NCBI GenBank assembly: GCA_035084275.1
Contig: CM068744.1
Span: forward strand, 17,360,001-17,424,000
Reading direction: 5' to 3'
Length of the DNA: 64,000 nt
From: Hydrolagus colliei
Taxonomy: Eukaryota
Part shown: in pieces, positions 50,471 to 63,785 of the stretch
Numbering within the stretch: the stretch's first letter is position 1
Layout of the letters: every line of letters starts with the position of its first letter
Made by a program: the position numbers and the translations under genes
The notes under the pieces: generated by a model
The model's input: the letters and a program-made list of their open reading frames with translations, nothing else
The model's database searches: none
What the model was told of the DNA's origin: nothing

Positions 50471-51399
50471 GTAAGAGCATCATTCAGGAACAAACAAATC
50501 ATTCATCCAGTTTAATACATCCAACTATTTATATTATTTGCATGTTCCAATCAGATTACATTTTCTCTCTTTCTTGCCATAGGGCCAAGCCTGCACTGTT
50601 ACATCTGATAGAATAAAGATTCTATCCATTTATTTTTTGAAAGCTTTAATCTAGTTCTCATTGCAAGCTTCATTGGATCTTTATGGCAATCTCTTTTGTG
50701 TTAACAATAATATGGTTTTTTAATGACCCTTTCCAAGACCAAACTTTTATTCCTTTTCCCCTGAGCTTTACGTAGTTTGTTTTCTCTTTCCTGATGGGTT
50801 CTTTGAACTGCTTCTGTTGAGATGACTATCCTGTTATATATAAAACATCAAGCTTCGCATTGGCTTCCATCCCTACCAGACACCATTTAAACTTTTGCTG
50901 GCACCATTTAACACAGGTCAACAATCTCACTCCTTCTCCAACTTTTCAGTCATCATTAACTTTTTTATATAGGATTGTAACAACAGTTTGAGGGAGTGAA
51001 GGACAGAAACTCATGAAAAATAATAGAAGATAAGATTTCACTTTTTATGTAAGAACTGGTAAAATGTGAAAATGTTTCTCTTGTTAGTCATGAGACCAAG
51101 TTTTGTTACGGGGCAAATCTAGATGGTTCAATGAAACAGAGCTTGTTGAAATTTGTTCTGTGCCTTCATTTAATTTCATCCCTGAAGGCAATATTTAAAT
51201 AAAAGTAGGGCCTCTACATACGGAATGAAATGCAAAGATTTCTTCTGCTTACTTGGCAATTTAGAATTATTTTTATTATTAAAACACTGTACAAATAATT
51301 CGAGAACATAATAGATGAAGAATATCAAAGGCATCTTTTCTGCCAAAGGCTGAAGTAAGGGAACCCCATATTCATCAGTACTTCAGCAGCAGAGTGGGG

Positions 51400-52020
51400 C
51401 CCAGGCAATGCTGTCTGTGGACCTCAAATTCTTAACTGCTCTCGTCAGTTATGCAACTGGGTGCTTTCAAATTCTAGGGGGGGATCTGGATGGAGTTAAT
51501 CAGTATACTGTCAACTGGTCCATTGAATAGGTAACTAAATAATTGTACCTGAAAGGGCATTTGCTTGAGAACCAGCCTCGAAGAACAACATTGAAGAATA
51601 CAATAATGTATTGTATCCCACGGGTGCAGTGGGTGATAGATTGCACACATGTGGCAATCAGATTCCAGACCATAAACCCTCCAGCATACATGGTATATTG
51701 AGGTGGTGGGGGATTTTGATGGCCACATTTTGGATATTAACATACACTTCCCAGTCTGATTGTCTCAATTCCTCCAATATGGTCGAGTAGGTGAAAGAGA
51801 CTACACAGGTTGCTGCTTGGGGACATGGACTGTGGTATCAAACGATGACTCTCATCTTGGGGCAAAATCGTGCTCTCAGTCTGAGGAACAATGCAATGCT
51901 GCACATATTTGCCATGGGTACTCATGGAAGACATTTATGTAGTCTTGAAACAATGCACAATTGTTTAGTTCGCTCAGGTGGTGATTTGTAGTTATAACCT
52001 AGGAAAAATCAGAAAAATAG
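51400..52020 (+). pseudogene. Decayed PIF/Harbinger (HARBI1-like) DDE transposase
   Basis: Hand translation gives TALVSYATGCFQ..GDLDGVNQ, PRVQWVIDCTHVAIR, LLLGD, SEEQCNAAH and CLVRSGGDL in the expected order, with stops and frameshifts. Confidence 0.82.
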
Positions 52021-52069
52021 TAATCCATTGTATATTACATTAACATTGAAAAGGGCGATGGAGTTGTGG

Positions 52070-52295
52070 AGGACAGTCCTGTAGCTTAGTGGTTAGAGCA
52101 CTCGCCTTACAAGCGAGAGACCTGGGTTCAATTCAAGGCAGAGCGAAATGTTGGGCATCTTTCCTTATTCCTCATGCCTCGTAATAATCCCTCAAAAAAA
52201 TTTGGTATTTTCAATCGACAACTGGTTGTGGGATACTGCTGTGCACAATTGACTGCCGCGATTCACCCACAACTACAGTATATAGTCAATTCACC
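52070..52295 (+). mobile_element. tRNA SINE 5' two-thirds
   Basis: TGTAGCTTAGTGGTTAGAGCACTCGCC...GGTTCAATTC. Confidence 0.85.
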
Positions 52296-54235
52296 TAGTG
52301 CCTAACGTTTTGCTCTACCTAGGAATGAAACCCATGTCCTCTCACCTGCAAGGCAACAGAATATTGTTTCAAAACCGCTCAAATGTCCTCCATGAGTACC
52401 CAAATATGCTACAGGACTCAAATTTTGCATGGATTTTCTTCACTTATATTCTTCATGAAATCTGGCTGAATGATGGTAACTTGCATCTCAGGGGTAAGCT
52501 GGAGACCTTGAATCAATCTCTGATGAGGTGGGTGGTAGCCATTCAATCGACAGAGCTGCCTAACAGGAACTAATTGACAACACATTTACCTTTAACAAAA
52601 CCATAGAACCCTATGCTTCAGTCCCTCAAACTTTCCCCTTCTTCAGTTTACACTTGAAGACTTTTCGACCGTACCTACATTCACCTCCCACTTCTTAGCA
52701 TGAAGTCAAGCCCCACCACTTTTAAATTCCCTGAGACCCTACCCCATGTGAAGGATGCTACAAAAATTGTTGTTGTTCACAGCAATGTTTGCAGCCCTTT
52801 AACCCCACTGTTTGAACAACATAAAAAATATTTATTACACTTGGCAAAAACTTTGCCAAAAGCTTTGAGACTTTCAACGGTACGTCAAATTAAAGGACTA
52901 ATACCAATTATTAAAATATTATTTGGATTGACTACTTCTGGGGATTAAATAAAAGTTTCATAGAAGCAAATTATAATTTTCATCTGAAATTGTATTCAGC
53001 ACAATTAACAGCAATAAACAACACATAATATAATTATGTATTTCTAAATATAGATATGATGTAATTTGGTAGCTCTCAACTCAAATAGATACCATTAGCC
53101 TAATGATAATGGCAATTTCACATGAAGATAAGGTACGTTTTTAATATCACAGGGCAGTGGACATTCTGTACTTTTTAGACACAAAGCTGCAAAGCGCAGC
53201 AAAGATAGCTCGGAAACAATTGTCAGAGTGATAGGTGCTTTCAGTCAAGGACACATAGTAATTGTATAACTGCAGTGAAGAGACTACTTGAAAAGACATT
53301 TCTGATCTGCTTGAGTTAATGGATTCTTGCATCCAAAAGATTTGTGCGGCCTGTGTGAAGAAAACCACATTGTTTTTCAATAATTCTCTATATTGTGGCA
53401 CATTAAAAGTATTTGGTTTTAATTCTTTTGTTTAGAGACAATTTTAGTTCAGTGGACAGATAGTTTTATAAACTGTCATATTGCTAAATATGCAAGCCTC
53501 CTGTGTAATATTTTGTCATATTAGTGAGCTTCACTTACCTTCTTACCCATAAGCTTTACTTACCTTCTCCAGTAGGTTAACTTGAACTTGTTTCACATCC
53601 CCTAAAAACTAGAATTCCATCTCTATCCTCTTCAATCTAGCCTCCTTCTATCTGACCAAATCCCTTCAAAATAACTACTTCTTTAAAAGTGGTAGTGAAG
53701 TGGCAGCAAGGAGGGTGTTAGAAAAAATTAGGCTAGGGTGAAAGATGTAGAGGAAGGTTTCAAAGCGAAATCGTCTAATACAGAGAGAAAGAGACAAAAT
53801 GACCCAGATATGACATCTGTACTATTCATATCCACAATAATTCTCTTCTGTATTGTACTACATCTTCTGCCCTAATCCAAACCACCATCATTGGCTGAGC
53901 AATCAGATTCTACTCCCCTAACCTCCAAACCTGCATCTCTTTATCCCTTCACTTCACCCCCTACTGTATTGTGAATGACATATTGCCAAATTGTCGTTGC
54001 TAAAAGGGCACATTTTAGTTGATAAACGATGAGGGTTTATTTCTGCAAATTATTCAAATACAATCTGAAAATAGCTTCTGCAATTTTTTTGCACAGGTCA
54101 GACTACAGTAATGTAACACAGTCTTGGATTGCAACAAGTCCATTGTAATCCACCTGGCCAGACCTAAAATAAAAAGACATGTAGGCTCTTGCAACTCTCA
54201 AACCAACTGATATGTTTCTTCATTGTAAAGCTATT

Positions 54236-54615
54236 AATGTCAGTCTGGCTCAATTGTTAGCATTCTCATCTCTGAATCACAGATTTGCAGATTCAAGACT
54301 CAATCTCAAGTACTATGGGTTTGCTATGTTGGTTTGGCGGTTTTGTCCTTCGGTTAAAACAATAAATCAAGGCCCCATCTCCCTGTTCGGTTGGAGGTTA
54401 AAGTTCCCATGGCACTATTCAAAAAGGAAGTTTCTCCTGGTGGCCAACAATCCCTCAAATAAAATTGGACTTTTTTTTTCATGGTTGCTTATGGTCAACT
54501 TGTTCACACACACAAAAATACAGTCACTATACTTTTTCAAGAAATCCTGTGCAGCTATTTGAGATGTTTCCAAACATGAAAGGCAGCACTATACCAAATA
54601 CATGGATTATTATTT
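54236..54615 (+). mobile_element. DeuSINE (degenerate)
   Basis: tggctcaattgttagcattctcatctctgaatcac head; aggccccatctccctgttcgg...cccatggcactatt Deu motifs. Confidence 0.72.
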
Positions 54616-54729
54616 TTATTACTTGATTCCCTCTTGAAATTCTTGATGAAATCTGACCTACTGGCCTTCCTGGATAGTCAAATCTTTGCAATCACTGCTC
54701 TCTGTGTAAAGTAGTTGAATGGAATTGGC

Positions 54730-55040
54730 CTTTTCACCTTCCAGACATCAGATTTTCAGTCTGAGATCCAATTATAGGAAAATAACTGAAAATCAGTGTG
54801 TGAGGAAACTTTGTCTGACCTGTAAAGTAATGAATGAATTGTGCCATCTTGTCAGTGATGACTTGACTATACTGTTAACTGTGAGCACTGCACTAACACT
54901 TGCTTGGGGGTCAATTGCTGCACTGAAACATTTTGCTACTGGCAGTTTCTAGGCCCCATACAGAGACCTTACTGGCATCAGTGAACCTTCTGTCAGTTGG
55001 TGAATGCAGCAGGTAACAGAAGAGTTGCTGAGGAAGGCAA
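54730..55040 (+). pseudogene. Second Harbinger transposase relic (N-terminal part)
   Basis: ITENQCVRKL...ELCHLV..DL...AALKHFATGSF*..RDLTGISEPSV...QVTEELLRKA; parallels the 51408-51555 translation. Confidence 0.75.
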
Positions 55041-55484
55041 AGAGGTAACTCATGGTCAGCCAAGATGCCCACAAGCAAGAAGAAAATCACCACCTGTTTT
55101 TTTTAAAAAAATTGGTGTGATCCTTCAGGTGCAAGCATGAACGCAACCATCAGCAGGGCTCCAATTAACAAACCCCAACCTTGATTAACTGCAAAGGATT
55201 CCACTCAGTCAGGTTTCAGGTGGTATGTGAATACCAGCTGGGAATAATGCATCTCAATGCAGAGTATCCTGGAGTGGTATATGATGCATATATTCAGTGG
55301 CATTCTTCAGTGCCTGATTTATTGAATGGATCTAACAGAAGGGAAAGATGATTACTTTGTGAAATATATCTTCAGGTCTCTGCTTTACTGCACCACTTAT
55401 GCATTCCCATTCCTCATACGAGATGACATGCAACAAGAGGTTTTTTTCTTGTTAGCCTAGATTGCTTGGCAGTATTTTGAACTC

Positions 55485-55738
55485 ATTGTGTAGGCTGACA
55501 CTCCAGTGCAGTGCTGGGGATGTGCTGCATTGTTGGAGGTGGGGTCCTTTTGGATGAGACTTTAAACCATGGTCAGTCTGCTTGCTCAAGTGGACATTAA
55601 CAATCCTATGCCATTATGCAAAAAGAGCAGGGAGTTTCTCCCGGAATCATTAGATAACAATCCTTGAGGATGGAATGTCAGTACAGACTCGATGGGCAGA
55701 ATGGCCTCCTTTTGTGCTGAAAAATTCTACGATTCTAT
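55485..55738 (+). mobile_element. Deu-domain fragment followed by a CR1 3' tail
   Basis: taggctgacactccagtgcagtgctg...gtgctgcattgttggaggt...ggatgagactttaaacc; then gatgggcagaatggcctcctttt...ttctacgattcta. Confidence 0.8.
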
Positions 55739-56934
55739 AAATGTGTTTTGAAATGATTCACTATCTGCTGTGACTTTTCTTTCAATGCCCTCTGTAACAA
55801 AGATTTGAAGTCATTGAAGACTGGTAGTGATTAACAATAATATCTAATCTGCTGAACAAATTACATTGTGTATTTACGAAAACTGTGCAAAACTTCTGCA
55901 GAGAAATTGTATCAAAACCAAATGGAACAAATTAAAAAGTCTGCAAAAGTTTATGGCTACATTCATGAGAGATTTCAGTCCTGATCTGTGCTGATAAGCT
56001 TGTCTCAGCCAAAGTACAACAATTGGTTTCAGTGCCAAGTGGAGGACGAGAATTGCTTCGGGTTCCAGCTTTTATAATGTCTGTCCAACAACCAAGTAAT
56101 ATTTTCAGGAGATATTGCTCACTGTTGCACGTATTTTGTGTCGTTTCCAAACTCTTACTTCATAGAGATGGTCAGTCCACAAGCAAGAAGCTTACTTTAC
56201 ATAGGAATTTACAGGACCTGAAAAGACCATTGCTGTTCATCTGGTCCTTCCCAATGGAAACATTCATTATGTTAATGATTTTGACTGTGGATGAGTTATC
56301 AACATCCCCTCCCAACACCCCCAATCTTGCGATATGTCGCAGAAGCTATTTCTTTGGAATGAAATCTGGAGATTTTATGCCAGTTTCACCAATAAAACCA
56401 TATGGTGTTCATTATGTTATTGAGCTGGATGTTGATAAAAAGAAAATGAATGAAGCGCTTTTCATAAGCAATTTCTTTGTCATAACAGAATTAATTCCAA
56501 TGTCCTCGGAGATCAGAAACAAATCTGTGTTCCTAATTAAGAGCAAAAATTAATAGGATAATCTGGAAAACATTTTGCAGAGAGATAAAGATAGAGTATC
56601 TAATAACAAACCTCCCCTTATGTAAAACACTAAAATATTCACAAACATTCATTCTCAGATTTTAATGCTCAGCTAACAATTAAATAGTTGTAGGGCAATT
56701 AAAACACTGGTGTGTGTGGGTATATGTGTCTCATTCTGAAAATGAACAGAATTTCAGTTTAAGTGTCCCAATTGTGGACAGTGTCATGCAGAATATGGAA
56801 ACTTTAATATTATGTGTTTAATTAAAACCTAAAGCTCTTGGTTTTAAAATGGCTGTATAATTTGTGATAGGGACTCTTGCAAGCCAGAGATAGCACTGGA
56901 TAAATTCACACTGCACCGATTCTGTCTTGTAATG

Positions 56935-57350
56935 TCTTGGGAGGGAGCAAGGCAAAGGGATTGCGGGAAGGAGTTCCAAATGGTGGGGGCAGAAAGGCTG
57001 AAAGCCCAGCTTTCAAGGGGGTGATTGAGCCTGGTATGGGTTCTGCAGCTTGTGGAGGAAGGAGTTGGGAAGGACGACACAGAGGGAGTTTCCATAGTTG
57101 AGCATTGAGGTGACTAATGCCTGTCTGAGGGTTTTGGCAGCCTAAGCGGTGAAGCAGTGGTAGAGACGGGCAATGTTGTGGAGGTGGGTGAAGGCAGAGC
57201 TGTTCATGGCACGGATATGGCGGAGAAAGGGCAGTTGAGGGTTGAACAAGATACTTAGGTTTCTGACTGGCTTGGTGAGGTGAACTGTGCAACTGTGGAT
57301 GCTGATGGTGCCAATGCCTGAGGTGTGGAAATGCTGGCACAAGCCAATCA
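56935..57350 (-). mobile_element. Old L2 fragment
   Basis: KPVRNLSILFNPQL, HLHNIARL and AFSLSAPTIWNS motifs. Confidence 0.78.
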
Positions 57351-57705
57351 GATCTTACTGACATAGAGCTGTAGAAAGTCATTATTTGTGTCAAAAAGAA
57401 TCCAAAAAATGTTGATTCTTATAAGTTTGGGATATCATGTTTATGGAATATATAAGGTTTATACTCAAGAAAAATCATCAAAAGCAGCTCTTCTTAATAT
57501 AAAATTGTACTGTGTTACAATCCTATTCCTTGAACTAAATCTGCAATAATTTTGGCATACTCAGTGCTGAATTAACAATCAACTGTTCAAAGTACTAGCC
57601 TTGAACCAATCACCAATCTATTATCAACAACTCTGTGATACAAAATAGCAATGTATTAGTTGAAATAATTCCCACTGTCCTACAACCAATGAACTACAAT
57701 ACTGT

Positions 57706-57995
57706 ATAATAATCCTTGCATTTGCATTTGTGATACAGTGCTTTTTCATGTCTTCTAGACGTCTCAAAGAATTTCACAGAATATACTGTAAAGTGAATTA
57801 ACTGTATATTTGTGGGCAAAACGCGGCAGCCAATTGTGCACAGCAGTGTCCCACAAACAGTCATGGATTTGAAATGACCAATTAATTATTGTGGGGTTTT
57901 TTTAGGGATTATTATTAGGTGTGTGGAGAAAGGAAACTTGCCCTGTTCTCCCGCTTATAAAGTGAGTGCTCTAACTATTGAGCTACAGAACTCCA
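57706..57995 (-). mobile_element. tRNA SINE (short family, B-box region deleted)
   Basis: Collinear with 1192-1515. Confidence 0.88.
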
Positions 57996-60900
57996 CTTGG
58001 CAACTGTAATATATTATCTTGAATCAAAGAGTCTGTGCTGAGTGACTCTTGTTCAATTGCTGGAATCATCCGACTGTTCGCATGACAGTTGGTAATATTC
58101 TAAAATCTGTTCATCAGTAAGTGTTTTATGTTGATCAGTGAATGCCCATGTATCACCCAGGCAGCCTGAACAGCATTGACAAGAGAGTGGGAGGTACAAT
58201 CCAGTGACATAGCTAGGAATGGAAATCTGTCCACCATAATTTGGTGCCCATTCATATTTCCATTCCCAGTTACACCACCATCTCAAACATTTAATGAATC
58301 AAGTGACATGGCAATAGAGGACAACTTGGTTACAGACTTACACATTCTAACATGGAATATAATACTGCCCATGAGTTCCTGGTCCCAGCAAGTTCATCCA
58401 GAGGAATTGTTGAGTAGAGGAACAATCTCCCTAAAGGACAAAGGGAAAAAGCAGAGTGTGAGTCAAACAGAACATAGATGTCCTCTTATTTAAAGATTGG
58501 TATACAACCATGAGGACCAGTGTAGATGGGAGAGGGAGATACTTCTGTTCCTAATTTCCTATGCTCCTAATTCAAATATGTAACTCAGTAAAATGGAAAC
58601 ATAGGTAATGTAGTCAAAAATAATTGCAATTGTGCAGAACAACTAGCACATCAATATAAATTTTGTTTCAGACTGGAATCATTAAGATGTCATTGGATAC
58701 TGTTTGCCAAATGTTATTTTAAAAGGAAAGGTATTGCCTGACCAGTGGCAGCTTTCAGTGCAGACTGTATTAATGAAGCTTTCTCTGTCAGTTCAGCACA
58801 GTCTGTTTAATAATTATTAGCAAAGACGAAATGGTTCAGTTACCAGCTGTTGGTGTGTTTTATCCTGCTTGTCTCCCTGCCTTGTTTGGTTATGAGTTTC
58901 AGTCGCCAGCTGACATTTAACTTGGCAACGATAGGATTTCATTATGAAGCACCAACGGCAAACTGAAATGGGACACAGCAGCTCTTTATATGATTGGATG
59001 ACCATTGTTCTTATTCACCCAATATTTCCAGTTAGACTGCTCTTTCCCGTTTCTAAATAGTGTTGGCTTTGCTGGCGCAAAAGTCTGCTGTGTTTGTTCA
59101 CAAATAATCTCTATACTTTGGCAGTAATTAACTGGGAAGCACTTCAGGATATTTTGACCTGATAAGGTGCTGTAAAAATGGCAGTTCTCCCTTGAAATAC
59201 AAATATTCTCTACTTTTTGGGTAGTACGTCTGACGCCAAATTCAATTATGCCCTGAAACCTATTCATTAAAATAAATACTGTATCATTCACTTCCTGGCT
59301 GCTTGTTGTGGATCAACAGCTATGTTCACCTACAAATATGAAATTACTACATTTAATTTTTAAAAATCTTCAAAGTGCTTTGAGATGTTTCAACATTATC
59401 GGCCCTATATCAAGTACAAGTGTTAGTGAAAATAAAATAGTGTTTTCCATTGACTTCTGGCTTGTGCAGTTCATTGTAGTGAACCATATCCTATTTTATC
59501 CATATGGGCCATATCATTATCTGACCTGTGTATTCACTGCTTGTATAATGACTTAAATGCCTTTTTTAATTTTTGAATACTCTGTTGTGCAGTAACAATG
59601 TTACTCTTTAAAGAGTAGTCTTTCTGGAAAACACACTAACGCCTATTGATAAACGCTGGTCACAAATTGCAATAGGATACAAGATTTTAGCCTGGAGAAA
59701 TCCGATTTACCTTTGCCTGATAGATAGCATGGATTCTCAATTGATGCTGAATGTGATGTTAGTTGTCAAACAGCAGAATTTGTAAAAAAATGAAAAAAGT
59801 TGCCCATCTTTTTAATTGTGCTTCAGGTCACTTCCCTCCTTCCTCCCCTCCTCCCCCACCAGCAAGGAATAGAATCACAGTCAGCTGCGTGCAGCACTTT
59901 GAGATGTAATTCCAGGTGAAAACACAATAAATGTATAAATGAAAATGATTGATTTACCACTTGTTCCAATACTCAGTGGTCGGGAGCTGTAAGGAGGCAA
60001 CTGGAAAATGTGCTACTGGATTAAATTGATCTGTATTATTAGCACAATATTACATTGATCTGTATCCATTCATACAGCCTATAAGATTATTCTCTACTTT
60101 TACCCAGGATTTCCAGTCTTCTTTATTACTTATGCCCTTATTCTTTCCTCTCTGACCCAAAATAGGGTACACTAATTAACCTGTTTGCTATTTTGCCCCC
60201 ATTCACTCCTTCTCACCTTAATCTCTGATCCATTAGGCCTCCCCACCCCCCTTGACCTGCTCCCTCTCCTCCACTCATGTATCACTACCCATTTTGTCTG
60301 TGCTTCCCTGTGTCCAGCCAAACTCACAGGTAACTGGTTTGCGCAGGTGGAACTCTACACCTAGTTTAGATATTGATGGGGTAGTGGACGAGGGCGGGGG
60401 TGGCTAATTTTGGACAGACACCCAGCTAACCAGACCAAAAAAAAGCACGATGTATTTAAATTCTGCCAGCTAGATTTGAACTGGGATTTCTTCTCTATCT
60501 CATTTTCCGTTTTGGCATAAGTGCTTCAGTTTACGCATTGCTGCACCTGCATTGTCCCTGAAGACACCCTTAACAAAGGGGTGTAGACATACTAACTCCA
60601 TAATACAATATTCCCCTCCAGAAAGCAGAGCAAATCTCTAGAGCAATTAAAGTGAAATATTTGAAACACAGATCAAACTGTGCCAATCCTGACAAGCAAA
60701 ACATCTGCCAAGAATGTTTGCATTGAAAGTTATTGCTGCAATTATAATTTTTTTTAGACATTGGCTTTTTGAACTTAACTCCTGTTCCTTGTAGCTTTAC
60801 AATCTGCAATGTGAAAATGTAGAACACAGTTCATCAAGTTTTAGTTGAACCTATCCACAGAAGTACACCGAATAGTTTTTTCCCTATCCACACTAGCCTA

Positions 60901-61039
60901 GCTTTCAGCAGACATTCTCTAAGTCTACTTTTAATTTTTATGCTTGGTTTTAGTTTCAGAATTGATTCATTCCCTATCCACCATTTGAATGCCTGAAATC
61001 ACAACACTGCATTTGGGCAAATCAGGATATTTTGTTCAG

Positions 61040-61448
61040 TTCAGTGCTGTGGGAGTGCTGCACTGTTGAAGGCATTATCCTTTGGAAAACATGTTAAACC
61101 ACAATGAACCAATTTACCTATTGAGGTGTTTAGGGAGGAGGGGTTTGCGCGGTTATGGGAGAGAGCTAGGGATTGGGATTAAATTGCTCTTTTTAAAGAG
61201 CCGGCACAGACTTGAGGGTCGAATGGCCTCCTTTTGTGCCGTAAGATTCTATGATTGTATGATAGGTAGGTGTACTATTCAAAAGTGAATAGACTTTTTC
61301 TCTCAATGACCTAGGTAATCCCCCAGATAAAATTGGTCACTCCCTTCATGCTTGTGAGACACAGTCATTACATATTGCAGTTACATCTTCTGAAGTGCTT
61401 TGAGACATCCTCCCACGTGAAAGATGTTATATTAAATGCAAGGATTCT
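61040..61448 (+). mobile_element. DeuSINE remnant interrupted by a CR1 3' end (about 61120-61263)
   Basis: gggagtgctgcactgttgaagg Deu motif; insert aaagagccggcacagact...gaatggcctccttttgtgccgta matches the 22690 CR1 tail. Confidence 0.75.
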
Positions 61449-63499
61449 GATGTTCCTGGTTCCTTCTATGTGGTAGCCATTAGCCAATCTTCCCATACAT
61501 GACTCAGACAATCACTGAACCCTTCCACACAGCTTTAGCATTACAAATGTGCAGAATATTTTATCATAAATTCTTTTAACTCAGTTTGTGAAAGCATGTC
61601 GAGAACAGGGCTACTTGTTAGTTTACTCCAACGTTACTTTTTTTTAAAAAAGTCACTGCAAACACTTTCTTTGAAATTAATTGGAGTTATTAACCAAATG
61701 GCTAAATTAAATTTGCATTCAGATCAAATATTGTTTTGATTAATATTAATTGATTAGTCTCTTCAAAGTTTTACTTTAAGTTAACGACAATAGGATGAAA
61801 GCACTTAGTTTTATACAATAATATTAACCTCTTACATTGAGATGAGTGGGTGGTGGCGAGTGTTACTACTGGCAGTAAATTCATAACCCTGAAGTGCATT
61901 CCTTTCTTTGATGTGCAGCACTTCTCTTAATAGTTTCTCTTAATAGTTATTGTAAGACATCTTAAAAAACACATGTACTTTTTACTGAATAGGTATAATA
62001 TCAATGTTCAAAAAACAATTGTGCCTGGTAACTGTTTATTACAAGCCTATGTCTATTTGCATTTTAAGAGTTAATATTTTGGTTAACTACTTTACTGGAA
62101 ATTGTCCAAAAGCAACTTTGGGATCTGAGAAAAGTTTCAAAATGCATCTCAACAAAATATCTAATCTGCTTTAAGCCTTACTCTCTCAGGGCAGACATTG
62201 ACTCCCTTTTGTTATCAATTTTGGGTGAAGTGCCAGTGAGATGGAGATAAAAATGTGAGAGGGACATTGTAACTTTTGAAGGAGAAGCATCTGGATTTGG
62301 TGTTGTTGTATACAAGTGTAATTGTGTTGTTGTTATTGTTGTCGCAATGAACTCTGCATTTCCCGATTTGCCTGAAAACCTAACCTACTTTTTGTGGCAG
62401 CCCAGTACATTTCCCCAATGGGCATTTTCTACTTTTTCATTTCTACAGACAACCGGTGAATCGTGGTGACTTGGGTACAGAATAAGCCTCCAAAGTTAAA
62501 GCTAACACCAATGAGACTGGTTGTATTGTACCTTTACTACTAGGATTTATTAGAACCAGTGATATTTTTGTTAAGCATTTCAAAATTAAGAAATCCTGTT
62601 ATAAAAATACAACAAAAACATAAAATATTTTGAAATAATCAGTACAATTAAACTGTATCATGCATCCCACTGACTCGCATCAGACGTGGTGGAGTTAGTG
62701 ACAGTGAAAGATAGGATAAGGGATATCTTCTCTGCGAGTCAATAAAATTATTGACATAAGCAGTGAACATATGTTACTCTCAGCTAGTAAATTCATTTAC
62801 AAAACATGACACTGTGCTTATGCAAAGCTGTTTATTGGTTTCAAAAAACAAAAGGAGTTATTCTGCTGTGTTGGGCACATATATTTATTTTCAAGGGGCG
62901 TTTTACTAAATAATTTGCTCTAATATGAGCTTTCAGCTGCGTTTTCAATGCACTCCTTGCAACCACCTCTCTCTCTAGCACCATTACATGATTGTTTAAG
63001 TACAGGTTCTTTACTAGAAAATAGTATACGTTATTCTGGCTTGCAATGGCCTCACACCGTTTCCTGAACATATTAATATTGGTGCAAACAGATTTGCAAA
63101 ACAATCCTGTTTTCCTTTCCTGCTGCATGGCATCAACTTTGCTGTCTTTTCCTGAACTGTTAAGCACTGAATGTGCTTTGCAACTTTCAAATACACACTT
63201 GTTTAGGTGTTATTTTTCATCACAAATTTCTTATGCTCATCAGAAAAACGTAGCACAAGGATAATGCAGCTGAAAATAGGTCCATAAACAGTGGCATCCA
63301 TAAACACATTCCGTTCCTTAAATAACGATCAGAATGTGGAGAACAGAATGTGTTGATGAAATGCCTTTTATGTTGCCGAATTCACCATTTAAAGGGGTCA
63401 AAAGTCATGCATTTCTAAACACATTTTCTTCCTTTAATTAAGGAACAAGGTTAACATGTGTTTTGAAATATCCCTTCACAATACCCAATTTCTGAAAAA

Positions 63500-63745
63500 A
63501 TGTATGTAGTGCCTTTCACATTGGACAGATGCCTCGAAGCCCATTTTACTGGGATCCCAGGCTGGTGCAGGTTGAGTGAAGTGTACAGGTACTTGCAAGC
63601 GCTGTTGAAAAGCTATGTCTTAAGGTCCTTTAGGACTTTAAAGTTGAGGAGGGAAGGGGCGAGGTGAACGGACTCTGTGGAGTTCCAGAGTGCATGGTAA
63701 AATGGCAGAAAGCTCACAAGATAGAGTAAGGAGGGACATGAAGCA
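63500..63745 (-). mobile_element. Old L2 3' fragment
   Basis: agtgcctttcaca tail motif; ggagttccagag and ggagggacatg motifs. Confidence 0.55.
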
Positions 63746-63785
63746 AACTAATGATTGTCAGCTGAGCAAAGGGAATAACCCATTG

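Noticed and set aside
52070-52145. tRNA genes at SINE heads (also 27650-27712, 30680-30750, 40203-40265)
   Set aside because: A/B boxes are present, but each runs directly into the SINE body, and I see no intact acceptor stem or oligo-T terminator
58053-58286. Possible third Harbinger relic (GCLGD, LTDEQILEYY)
   Set aside because: Motifs are weak and out of the expected order; not supportable without an HMM search
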